Below are positions 1 to 9,055 of a stretch of 64,000 bases of DNA, one piece after another. The translations under genes and the position numbers were made by a program. The notes beneath the pieces were generated by a model. It worked only from the letters and a program-made list of their open reading frames with translations. It had not been told where the DNA came from and searched no databases. Source of the DNA: Promethearchaeota archaeon (GTDB lineage: Archaea; Asgardarchaeota; Thorarchaeia; Thorarchaeales; Thorarchaeaceae); assembly GCA_014728035.1 (NCBI GenBank), contig WJMJ01000071.1, positions 133,253 to 197,252 on the forward strand, written 5' to 3'. The stretch's first letter is position 1. The number at the start of each line of letters is the position of its first letter.

Positions 1-81
1 CTGGAACTTTTTCGGGCTCTTCTGGCTCAGGTTCTTTTGGAGTTGGCTCAGGCTCTTTCTCTGGAACTTTTTCGGGCTCTT
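1..81. repeat. 21-bp direct repeat with 60-bp period, encoding EPEKVP in the low-complexity linker
   Basis: ctggaactttttcgggctctt occurs at 1-21 and 61-81. Confidence 0.8.
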
Positions 82-409
82 TTGGAACTGGCTCGGATTC
101 TACTTTCGGAGTGATTTCCGGCTTTTTCTTGGGTTCAGAAACCGAAGTGGTGTCTCCAGTATCAGGTGCAACTTGCACTGATTCCATCTGTTCCATGTTT
201 TTTCTAAGCTCCTCAATTTGATCCGCGATTTCTGCAAATGATTTATTGATAGTCTGAGTTATTTCAGACTTCATTCTTGCAAAGTTCTCGGCTAATGTGT
301 CAGCTAATCGTTTTGTTTCTGCCACTTTTTCTGCAAAAGCTTTTATCGCCTGGAGTTTACCATTGAGTTCCTCCATCTGTCGCTGTATCTCTGAAAAATC
401 AAAAGACAT
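1..409 (-). CDS. Partial CDS running off the window start: N-terminal coiled coil followed by a Pro/Glu/Lys-rich low-complexity linker
   Basis: Not in the ORF track. Read manually from ATG at 409 with SD GGTGA at 416-420: MSFDFSEIQRQMEELNGKLQAIKAFAEKVAETKRLADTLAENFARMKSEITQ...EPVPKEPEKVPEEEPEPTPKEPEPEEPEKVP. No stop before position 1. Confidence 0.8.
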   Translation of the reverse strand, partial: MSFDFSEIQRQMEELNGKLQAIKAFAEKVAETKRLADTLAENFARMKSEITQTINKSFAEIADQIEELRKNMEQMESVQVAPDTGDTTSVSEPKKKPEITPKVESEPVPKEPEKVPEKEPEPTPKEPEPEEPEKVP

Positions 410-698
410 GAATTGTCACCTAATATTATCTTAGCCCTGTATACTAGATACATTATGCTGCAAGTTCTTAACCTTTGTCCTGTTATTGTATTTTTGCATA
501 CAGTGCTGCATTGTATTTCTTTGAATATTTCTCATACAATATGATTTGAATGTAGCTCTTTCATTATCATACTGCTGTGCAGAAATTGGATAAAGTTGAA
601 CAAGAGTTCAATCCGTTGTCTGCTTCCTGCGCCATCGAAATTGCAGCACTGTTCATAGAGGACCTCTCATTCAGATAATTGACTAGCAAAACCACTTA

Positions 699-1541
699 TC
701 ATTTTTCAGAAGTTTTTCCTTCGAGGATTGCTTTTCGAATTAGCTGAACAAGGCGTTCTCGATACGAAATATCAATTGCAACAAGCTCGTAGGTTGGCAC
801 TCCTAATATTTGACCAACTCTCTCTGGAGTCAAGGCAGTAGGAAGGTCTTGTTTGTTTGCAATTCCAATCACTTGTGCATTTGGTACTTCTTCTTTTACA
901 AGTGAAACCAACTTCTTGCTCCGTAATACATTCTCCAATGTGCTATCTGTGACTAATATCACGACTTGCGCATTGGCAATCATTTTAGACCAGAGAATAC
1001 TAAATCTTGCTTGACCTGCAAGATCCCAAAGTACTATGTTTGCAGATTGTACTTCCTCTGGTAGTTTTTTAATTGAAACACCAATTGTAGGATCATGAAC
1101 CAGTGGAAGGGTTTCCCCTCGAAGCAAGTGCAATGTTGTTGTTTTTCCAACTCCTGCAAATCCCAAGATTGCAACTTTAACCATGGTAACAGCAATTTGG
1201 TCAACAGTTTCACCAAAATCATCGAGTGGCTGTCCAGCCATAGCCAGATTTGCGAAATCCTTCATGAATATGTCTATTAATTGATCTGTTTTTTCTTCGA
1301 TCTGTGCGGGTTCATCAGCTTTATCTGCCAGGGATATAAATGTAAAACTTCCTCGTTTAGCATAGAACACTCTTGATACTGATAAGTTCATGTACTCGGT
1401 CTTCTCAAGATCTACTGATTTCAGAAACTGGGTTAGATTGACTAGGAATTCAATTAGATTAGCTCTGGAATCACTCTTTGCGTATTCTTTTGAAAAGAGA
1501 ATGTTATTTTGTTCTCCGAGTATATAGATACCTCGAATCAT
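699..1541 (-). CDS. Arf-related small GTPase with an N-terminal longin-like domain (Asgard eukaryotic-signature protein)
   Basis: G1 GFAGVGKT, G2 PTIG, G3 WDLAGQ, G4 ANKQDLP, all Arf-like. The first ~115 aa (MIRGIYILGEQNNILFSKEY...) fit the longin/AP-sigma pattern. Confidence 0.85.
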   Translation of the reverse strand: MIRGIYILGEQNNILFSKEYAKSDSRANLIEFLVNLTQFLKSVDLEKTEYMNLSVSRVFYAKRGSFTFISLADKADEPAQIEEKTDQLIDIFMKDFANLAMAGQPLDDFGETVDQIAVTMVKVAILGFAGVGKTTTLHLLRGETLPLVHDPTIGVSIKKLPEEVQSANIVLWDLAGQARFSILWSKMIANAQVVILVTDSTLENVLRSKKLVSLVKEEVPNAQVIGIANKQDLPTALTPERVGQILGVPTYELVAIDISYRERLVQLIRKAILEGKTSEK

Positions 1542-2644
1542 GATTTTGTTCTCCAGCTATTGATAAGGTGTTCAAGGTATGACACTACAACTTTAGCATC
1601 AAGATTTTCTTCATTCCATTTATTCGCTATTATGGGAGCGACATATTCTGGCATGAAGCAATCAAAGATAGGATTCGTCAATAGTGCCCATATTGTTTCA
1701 TCATCAAAAGATGTAACTATACTATTTGACTGTAATGCCCACAAAGCTTTGGTTACAATTGATTTTGGAAATGCAGTTTCAATCACAATTTCCTCGATGG
1801 AAAGTGGACCTTTTCGTAGTACAGAAATGATATTATAATGAATTGTATTAGCAACATTTTCTGCTATCTTCTCTCGGTCTTCAATTATGGGTTGAGATTC
1901 TTCCCCGCTGACTATTGTCGGATTGTATCCTCTTCCCGATTCATCAGGACTGAAGAAACTATCTACACGAGAAACATACTCCTTGTGAATTTCAGGATAA
2001 GTCATTTCAGTCAACTTCATACTTTGTGTAGGTGGAGCCCGATATCCGAATAAATCTTTAACCAGAAACACATATTGTTTTGTTCTTGTGATCATTTCAA
2101 TTTCGAGTATACCAGCACTAGTTAGGGGTGTGATGGCCTCCACGATATCAATACCGTCATCACCCACTTCGTTTTTTAGCCACATTGACAATTCAACAGC
2201 GCCTGTCACTATTCGTTTTTGCATTCTTTCCAATATAAGAGGGGCTGATGGAGTAAGAAAGACTCTAGCATATTTCTGCTCTTGACTTTCTTGTGACAAG
2301 CTGCTCCCGGATTTCATTATATCTTCGAGATTTATATCCTCAACTGATGTTTCAGCTAACTCCAAAAGTAGTCTTGCAGTTCCCTCTAGATGGGTACTTT
2401 CATAGCTGATATCATCATCTGTTTCCATTTCGAAACAAATTACCCATTCTGGCATCTTCTTCTTAGAATATGATAATATTTTCCTCCCATCTAGATTGAT
2501 AACATGAAGTCCAAATTTATCCGCATGGGGGACGTAAATGTTATTGAGGTCTGCCTCTGTTACTTTCAATGATGTGGGATATCTCTTCTTTAGGATAAAC
2601 CCGTGATTTTCATCCAACTGAATTAGAAAGACTGCACTCGGCAT
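1538..2644 (-). CDS. Longin/uDENN-like domain protein with a C-terminal winged helix; candidate GTPase regulator
   Basis: N-terminus AVFLIQLDENHGFILKKRYP fits the uDENN/NPR2-type longin start. C-terminal wHTH pattern IISVLRKGPLSIEEIVIETAFPKSIVTKALWALQSNSIV. ATGA overlap with the GTPase gene. Confidence 0.6.
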   Translation of the reverse strand: MPSAVFLIQLDENHGFILKKRYPTSLKVTEADLNNIYVPHADKFGLHVINLDGRKILSYSKKKMPEWVICFEMETDDDISYESTHLEGTARLLLELAETSVEDINLEDIMKSGSSLSQESQEQKYARVFLTPSAPLILERMQKRIVTGAVELSMWLKNEVGDDGIDIVEAITPLTSAGILEIEMITRTKQYVFLVKDLFGYRAPPTQSMKLTEMTYPEIHKEYVSRVDSFFSPDESGRGYNPTIVSGEESQPIIEDREKIAENVANTIHYNIISVLRKGPLSIEEIVIETAFPKSIVTKALWALQSNSIVTSFDDETIWALLTNPIFDCFMPEYVAPIIANKWNEENLDAKVVVSYLEHLINSWRTKS

Positions 2645-2774
2645 TGAAAAGCCCCTGTGGTTCGATTAACATCGTTGCATAAATGTTTGACTCTTATCTA
2701 CCTATTGACATACCAAAGAAAAAGATAATGTTTCTTATACGAAAAGTCATCAAATTAATGCACTCCTAGAAAAT

Positions 2775-5120
2775 ATGAAAAGCGTTCCTCTATATCTCAT
2801 GATAGGCATTCATATGGAATCTAAAACAATCGACTCAATTGTTCCCGCATCTGCTGCAAAAGGCTTACAGCTGGCAGGTGGTTCTATGATGGAACAAGCA
2901 ATCCCAGAAGACTATGTGATGGCATCGATTCTCTTGAATGCTCTAGAAGAAAGAAATGGCATGGATCTGGAATTCTTTCTCAAAGCGTATCTGCCTATCC
3001 ACGTCATTAAGTCACCTACTACTAACTGGTTTGCGTTAATTGAACGACTTGGACTTGCGTCATCAACAATTCCTACATATTCTGATATCGATTTCAAGTC
3101 ATTCAAAACAGCTCTGAATAGTGCGCTAACAATCGAATCTCTTGGAACTGTCACTAGTGATTTAGACTCCGAATTAAACAAGATAATAGAAAGCAACTCT
3201 TTGGAAGTTCCTGGTTTAATGTCAGGAGCAATAGCTGATGCGGTTTCAATTCAACTTGATTGGCCCTATCATACCAATCTCGAAAGCTATGCATTTTCAT
3301 TCCCCTCTATGATCGAAGACAGCGAACTTGCAGAACACTCTGAGAAAATTAAAAGAACCCTCTCATTGTTAGACTCTGCAAGTACCCATATACGAGATAT
3401 ATTGCAAACACTTGAAGAACGTTCTCATATCTTACTAACTCGGATGGAACAAGGGCATCTACCAAAAATTGAGCGTCTGGACCAGCGAATTCGTGTTCTT
3501 GAAGTAGAAATCGAAAATATTGAGCATAAGATTAGTTCTGGTATCGGTCTAAAGGAGGAATTAAAACAGATCTCTACTGCACGAAAAAAGGCTTTGAAAC
3601 GAGATATATCTCGTCGGAAGGCACTGATTGCAGAGATGACAGAGAAATCCAGTAAGATTTCGTCAGACATTGATAGTCTTACAAATAAAGCACAGACTGT
3701 TCTCACTTCTATCAATTCTGCACGTGAAAGCCTTGATTCTTTGTTGGTTGGTGTACGTAGTGCTAACATTCCTAAAGAAGGAGTTTGTCTTCTTTTTCCG
3801 TTCTTCGTTGTAGGATATTCAAAAAAGGGTCAATTGCGATTGAATTACTATCCCCCTTCAAGACTAAAGGACAATGATGAGAGAGTTGGAATTCGGCGTG
3901 ACTTTGTGTATCCATTCTTTTTCGCTTCAGAATCTTATTCTGAATTAATATCTTTGTTAGAGAAGCGTATTTCTAGTGATATTTCATTGAGAAAATCTAT
4001 CCGTTCTCATGCCAAAGATAATAATCTTCTCGCTTTGGCACATACGAGGAAAATGATTATTGAGGGAACAAAATCTCTTCTTGCGGATGGGCTTGTTAAA
4101 GAATCGAAGATTGAAGATATTGTGAATCTTCTGGATGTTTTCCCTGAGAAATCACCGGTAGAACGCTTTCTTACTGATGGGGCGTTTGTGGCTGATTCTG
4201 AAGAGTTATGCTCAGTAAAATTCCATATCTGTGATGAATCTGGTAGGGCCATTGAAAATGCTACCTTAGAATTAGGAGTACTCTCAATGGAATCTGACGA
4301 ACGTGGAGGAATAAGAATTTCATTGCCCATGAGCCATTATGATGGCATTGTTAGTGCTGCAGGATTTCATGAGAAAACTCTGGAATTCAGTATAAAGTCA
4401 ACAAACGATATCGTCATTCCAGTAGTATTAGCTGAACTCAGTCGAGAAGACCGTCTTGATCGGTCACTCGATAGCCTTGTTGCAAAAGCAGAGCGAATTG
4501 AAGGAATTAGGCGAAAATTACTGGAGATTTTTGAAAAACAAGGTGAGATGCTTTTATCAGTGCCTGCTTATCGAAGTGCTTTGGTTGAGTTATTGTCAGA
4601 ACTTGGTTATGACCCAGAATCTTGGATTTCTGAAGCATTGAGTAAGAAGGGTATGGTCCAGAGACTCCTGAAACGAAATGATCGGATTGATGGGATGCAA
4701 CGTGATATTTTACGACTTGCAAGCGAGTCCAGAAACTTTGGGGGGATTATGCTTTTTTCCGAATTGCTGATTAGCCTTGATGAATTAGGTTGGAACACAA
4801 ACCCTGATGAAGTGGAGGACATTCTTTCTTCCATGATTAAGGAGGGGCTTGTTGATGGATTAACCACACTCAAGGACGGCATAAGAGTTGTCCAATTTAT
4901 CCCAGTTGCGCTTACTCACGACCCTCGTGATTTGCTTGGACTAGCTGCAAAGAAGGATGGTAAACTAACCATTGAGGATGTTGTTGTCAATCTTGAGTGG
5001 ACCGAGGAACGAGCTCGTAACGCATTCGATTTGCTTGTTTCAAAAGGTGTAGCAAAGCTACAAAAGAGCTATGCAAGGTCAACAATCTATTGGTTTCCAG
5101 GCCTTCGGGGAAAGAAATAA
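2775..5120 (+). CDS. Multidomain protein: coiled coil, Ig/prealbumin-like domain, C-terminal EAP30/Vps22 (ESCRT-II)-like double winged helix
   Basis: The last ~200 aa (LGYDP...GGIMLFSEL...VQFIPVALTHD...LEWTEERARNAFDLLVSKG...YWFPGL) follow the Vps22/Snf8 pattern. The true start may be ATG 2814. Confidence 0.75.
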   Translation: MKSVPLYLMIGIHMESKTIDSIVPASAAKGLQLAGGSMMEQAIPEDYVMASILLNALEERNGMDLEFFLKAYLPIHVIKSPTTNWFALIERLGLASSTIPTYSDIDFKSFKTALNSALTIESLGTVTSDLDSELNKIIESNSLEVPGLMSGAIADAVSIQLDWPYHTNLESYAFSFPSMIEDSELAEHSEKIKRTLSLLDSASTHIRDILQTLEERSHILLTRMEQGHLPKIERLDQRIRVLEVEIENIEHKISSGIGLKEELKQISTARKKALKRDISRRKALIAEMTEKSSKISSDIDSLTNKAQTVLTSINSARESLDSLLVGVRSANIPKEGVCLLFPFFVVGYSKKGQLRLNYYPPSRLKDNDERVGIRRDFVYPFFFASESYSELISLLEKRISSDISLRKSIRSHAKDNNLLALAHTRKMIIEGTKSLLADGLVKESKIEDIVNLLDVFPEKSPVERFLTDGAFVADSEELCSVKFHICDESGRAIENATLELGVLSMESDERGGIRISLPMSHYDGIVSAAGFHEKTLEFSIKSTNDIVIPVVLAELSREDRLDRSLDSLVAKAERIEGIRRKLLEIFEKQGEMLLSVPAYRSALVELLSELGYDPESWISEALSKKGMVQRLLKRNDRIDGMQRDILRLASESRNFGGIMLFSELLISLDELGWNTNPDEVEDILSSMIKEGLVDGLTTLKDGIRVVQFIPVALTHDPRDLLGLAAKKDGKLTIEDVVVNLEWTEERARNAFDLLVSKGVAKLQKSYARSTIYWFPGLRGKK

Positions 5121-5179
5121 AGTGAAGCTTTACAAGTACTCGTATAGTTTGATACAATACAGCATCGGAGATTGATACC

Positions 5180-5959
5180 ATGAACAAGCTCTCTCACATG
5201 TTATTTGCATTCTCGTTATTTTTCGCAATTTATTCACTAATCTATGCATTCAGTGTTTGGCAATCTGACCTTGGAACACTGATGGATATGCTTTCCTATT
5301 TCTTAGTTGGTGGTATTGCAGCCACTTTTCTGGTACCAGTTCTCTATTACAAAGCCCCTCACAAAGGTATGCGTTCTCGAACAACCAGTAATCGGGGAGC
5401 TGTTGGCGCAATGACCTTCATTGCATTTTGTTTCGGCTCTTTAGGTGGTACAATTGTTTATCAATGGATTTCAGGTGTTCCAATTGTAGGTAACATTTCC
5501 ATCTTTATGGGTGCTTTGATGACTGTGGTTGGAGCTCTCATGCCAGATTGGGACATTCCCTTGATGGGTATATCTCGTCACAGAAATGTGATATTTCACT
5601 CCTTTTTACTGCCTTTCGTGGTAGTGATGGGTACTTTATTCAACACTGCTGCTAAAATTGCATCCTCTGCGACATTTAGTGTAGGTGTTCACATTGAGTA
5701 CTATATCACTGCTCTTTTCCTAATTGGATATGCCTCTCATCTGTATCTTGATATATTTCCAAGTGATGCAAGTCCACTGGAAATCATCTGGCGAGCTGCT
5801 AATCCAACGGATCAAGCACCAACAGGACTAAAACGCCTTGGACCAATCTATATCTCAAAGAAAAGAGCTAGAGGTTGGCTAGTATCTAATGCCACAATAT
5901 TAGTAATAATAGCTTTAGCTCTACTTGGTTTGTATTTCTATAATTTGCCGACCTCGTAA
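5180..5959 (+). CDS. Membrane-bound metal-dependent hydrolase (YdjM/DUF457-like)
   Basis: Multiple TM segments with motifs SH, PDWD, HRNVIFHS and GYASHLYLD. Confidence 0.7.
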   Translation: MNKLSHMLFAFSLFFAIYSLIYAFSVWQSDLGTLMDMLSYFLVGGIAATFLVPVLYYKAPHKGMRSRTTSNRGAVGAMTFIAFCFGSLGGTIVYQWISGVPIVGNISIFMGALMTVVGALMPDWDIPLMGISRHRNVIFHSFLLPFVVVMGTLFNTAAKIASSATFSVGVHIEYYITALFLIGYASHLYLDIFPSDASPLEIIWRAANPTDQAPTGLKRLGPIYISKKRARGWLVSNATILVIIALALLGLYFYNLPTS

Positions 5960-6038
5960 TTTGGAGTGGTTCTAATAACGCAGAGATTTGTATCATGATT
6001 ACACATCTCTGCTGGAACTTCAACAGGTATGAATGAGT

Positions 6039-6341
6039 TTACCAGTCTTCATCATCTAATTCGAAGATATCATCTTCTTCGTCCTCTTCATCATCAAAGA
6101 AGTCCTCTTCTTCCTCATCTAAATCATCATCTTCAAAAAGAAAGGTATCAGGATCTACTTCTTCCTCGAACTCAAACTCATCGTCCTCTTCAGAGCTTTC
6201 AACTTTCTTGACCTTCTTCCGGTGAACTGCAAGGCACGTTCTATCGATTGGGTCAAAATATTGACATTCTATACAACATTCGCCTTTATGATTACAGGTC
6301 TGATATGCACCACATTTTTTACAACATTTTAGCTCTGACAT
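6039..6341 (-). CDS. Small protein with a Cys-rich N-terminus (probable metal binding) and a long Asp/Glu-rich tail
   Basis: Likely start MSELKCC at 6341; the longer ORF overlaps gltX upstream. Eight Cys in ~35 aa, then an acidic tail ending DDEDW. Confidence 0.65.
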   Translation of the reverse strand: MSELKCCKKCGAYQTCNHKGECCIECQYFDPIDRTCLAVHRKKVKKVESSEEDDEFEFEEEVDPDTFLFEDDDLDEEEEDFFDDEEDEEDDIFELDDEDW

Positions 6342-6495
6342 GCTTCTACACCTTTCTTTAGTGATAGCTTCGAGGCGTTTGTTAACGGTAAATAAGCGTC
6401 TCCCTACCGTAAAATATCTTTGTACTTCGAATATATGCACATCTAGCAATTGTTATATTCTCTCCCTAAGTTACTCCTTTGGAGCTGAAGTCAGA

Positions 6496-8235
6496 TTGAG
6501 TGATCTCGAATTTGAAATTAGAAAAGTAGTTCTAGAGAACGCTTTCAAATATGAAGGCAAACCCTCAGTTAAGTCAGTTATGGCCGCACTACTGGGAGCT
6601 AGAGCAGACCTACGCCCTCGTGCTAAAGAGGTAAAAGATATTGTCCAACGGCTTGTTGTAGAGATAGAAAAAATGGGTCTAGAAGCTCAAATACGTGAAC
6701 TAAAGGAGATTGCTCCGGAACTTCTTGAAGTGGAAGATGACTCAGAACCGAAAGAGAAAGAGATGCCTCCTTTACCCAATGCTGATAAATGGGATAAGAT
6801 AGTCATGCGATTAGCTCCATTTCCCTCAGGGCCTCTACATGTGGGAAATGCTCGAATGGTTGTATTGAATGACTATTATGTCAAAAGATATGATGGTGAA
6901 CTTATTCTTGTTTTTGACGATACTATTGGGTCTGCGGAAAAACAAGTAGAACCTGAAGCTTTTGATTTGATTCCTGAGGGTCTTGACTACCTTGGTGTGA
7001 AATATCATAAGACAGTTTACAAATCCGATAGATTAGACTTATTCTATAAATATGCGGTTGACCTCATTAATCGTGAAGAAGCTTATGTATGTGATTGCGA
7101 CGCAGCTCTTTGGAGAAATGAACACAAGATCAAAATGATTCCTTGTTCTTGTCGTACTCTGAAAGTTGAAGAGAATCTTGCTAGATGGGAAAAGATGCTT
7201 GATGGAACATACGAAGAGAAAGAAGCGGCTGTTCGATTGAAAACTGGAATGGACGACCCTGATCCAGCTATGCGCGATCATGTTATTCTTAGAATATCTG
7301 AAACCGACCATCCACGAGTAGGTTCAAAATATCGTGTTTGGCCACTTCTTGAATATTCCTGGGGTATTGATGATCATGAATTAGGTATTAGTCATATTAT
7401 TCGGGGAAAGGATTTGGTCAAGGAGGGCAAGATTGAACAACATATCTGGAATATATATGGCTGGCATCATCCTGAACTGATTTACTATGGGCGTCTAAAA
7501 TTCCAAGATGCAACCCTGAGCAAAAGCAAATCTCGAAAAGAAGTCCAAGAAGGCACATATACTGGATGGAACGACCCACGTACTTGGAGTCTGCAATCTC
7601 TTGAAAGAAGAGGAATCCATCCTGATGCAGTGAGAAAGGCCATGCTTGACCTAGGTCTCAGTCTGGTGGACATTGCAATTTCTATGAAAGCAGTTTATTC
7701 AGAGAATCGAAGTCTAAGAGATGCTGATGCACCTCGTTTATTTTTCGTACAAAATCCAGTTTGGGCTACTTTGGAAAAACTCCCCGCTGATATCACTTAT
7801 GGAGAAGCTCCAGTACATCCTGACTTTCCTAAACGTGGAGTACGAAAAATTCAGCTTGTCCCTAATCCGGCAAATAATCTCATCGAGGTAGGTATTGCTC
7901 AAAAAGATTATGAGAAGAGCGAAAATCAAGAACTTCTTCGATTGAAAGACCTTGCTAACTTTGCAATTAATAAAGGTAAGAATCCAGTATTGGAATTTAG
8001 AAGCAAATCTGTAGATGATGTTCGGGATGTAGGTGGAAGAATGATCCACTGGATACCAAAGTATGATAGTGTTCCTGTGGAGATGACCATGATTGATGGT
8101 GATGTAGTGACTGGTCTTGCTGAAGTCGGAATTAAAAAAATGAAACCAGGTACTTTTCTTCAATTTGAACGGGTAGGTTTTGCAAAAATCTATGATACTG
8201 AAGATGTTATTAAACTAGCATTTTCACACAAGTGA
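6496..8235 (+). CDS. gltX: Glutamyl-tRNA synthetase, archaeal type
   Basis: RLAPFPSGPLHVGN (HIGH), LSKS (KMSKS), GWNDPR, QFERVGF. Likely TTG start at 6496 after GGAG at 6481. Confidence 0.95.
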   Translation: MSDLEFEIRKVVLENAFKYEGKPSVKSVMAALLGARADLRPRAKEVKDIVQRLVVEIEKMGLEAQIRELKEIAPELLEVEDDSEPKEKEMPPLPNADKWDKIVMRLAPFPSGPLHVGNARMVVLNDYYVKRYDGELILVFDDTIGSAEKQVEPEAFDLIPEGLDYLGVKYHKTVYKSDRLDLFYKYAVDLINREEAYVCDCDAALWRNEHKIKMIPCSCRTLKVEENLARWEKMLDGTYEEKEAAVRLKTGMDDPDPAMRDHVILRISETDHPRVGSKYRVWPLLEYSWGIDDHELGISHIIRGKDLVKEGKIEQHIWNIYGWHHPELIYYGRLKFQDATLSKSKSRKEVQEGTYTGWNDPRTWSLQSLERRGIHPDAVRKAMLDLGLSLVDIAISMKAVYSENRSLRDADAPRLFFVQNPVWATLEKLPADITYGEAPVHPDFPKRGVRKIQLVPNPANNLIEVGIAQKDYEKSENQELLRLKDLANFAINKGKNPVLEFRSKSVDDVRDVGGRMIHWIPKYDSVPVEMTMIDGDVVTGLAEVGIKKMKPGTFLQFERVGFAKIYDTEDVIKLAFSHK

Positions 8236-8307
8236 GATTCTTGAAGCAATATCTAAGGAAATAGAACATATAAGGAAAAAATTCAGAGGATTTTATGGTG
8301 TGCCAAA

Positions 8308-9054
8308 ATGGCAAGAAAGTCCAAGAAAAAAACTCTTACTGCTTCGTCGTTCAAAACAACTGGCGGACACGCTAAATTGGAAGTAGATGATAAGAAGCAG
8401 AAGATGTATTACTTTAAGGAAAAAGTAAAACTTGAAGAAGCAAGAGAAATTGCTGAAAAAGAAGGTGCTGACATATTCGGTGTATCCAAGGATGACCTAA
8501 GTGTAAGCAAACCTAAAATCAAGTACGAATTCTATTGCATCTATGAGGCTAAATTGGAAATCAAGTATCTCAGTATTAAAAAAGAGGAGATAAGTGTCAA
8601 CGACCAGGTAAAGGCAGCTCTTGTAGGTGGTGAGGTTCTAAAACCGAAAACGGGGAAAACAGTACCTGGAAAAGCTCTCAAGTTTCCTATCGTTGAATTG
8701 TATGAGATCGATCGTTCAGATAGTATGATTGTTGATGGCCGAACTGGTGGCCTTGCTAATCAGATGGAAGATTTACTTACAGGTCCTGGAAAGAAAAAAG
8801 CTACGACTGCATGGGTTAAGAAAGCAAGAGTCGCATCTGGAAAAGCGAAATCCATTGATAAAGTGATACGGCTAGTTTCAAAAACTGCTAAAAAGAGACC
8901 TACTGGAGCTAAACGTGTTCTTGAACACAGACTAATTTTCAAAAAGCTAATTGGATACTATGTCCCTGTTTGGTATGTTCGAATTGCAGTTGGAGATGAT
9001 ACTAAGACTCTACGAATTAACGCAATTAATGAAGAAGTTGGTCTTGATATTTAA
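8308..9054 (+). CDS. Lys-rich hypothetical protein
   Basis: 248-aa ORF with SD GGTG and an upstream TATA-like element. Family not recognised. Confidence 0.75.
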   Translation: MARKSKKKTLTASSFKTTGGHAKLEVDDKKQKMYYFKEKVKLEEAREIAEKEGADIFGVSKDDLSVSKPKIKYEFYCIYEAKLEIKYLSIKKEEISVNDQVKAALVGGEVLKPKTGKTVPGKALKFPIVELYEIDRSDSMIVDGRTGGLANQMEDLLTGPGKKKATTAWVKKARVASGKAKSIDKVIRLVSKTAKKRPTGAKRVLEHRLIFKKLIGYYVPVWYVRIAVGDDTKTLRINAINEEVGLDI

Positions 9055-9055
9055 T

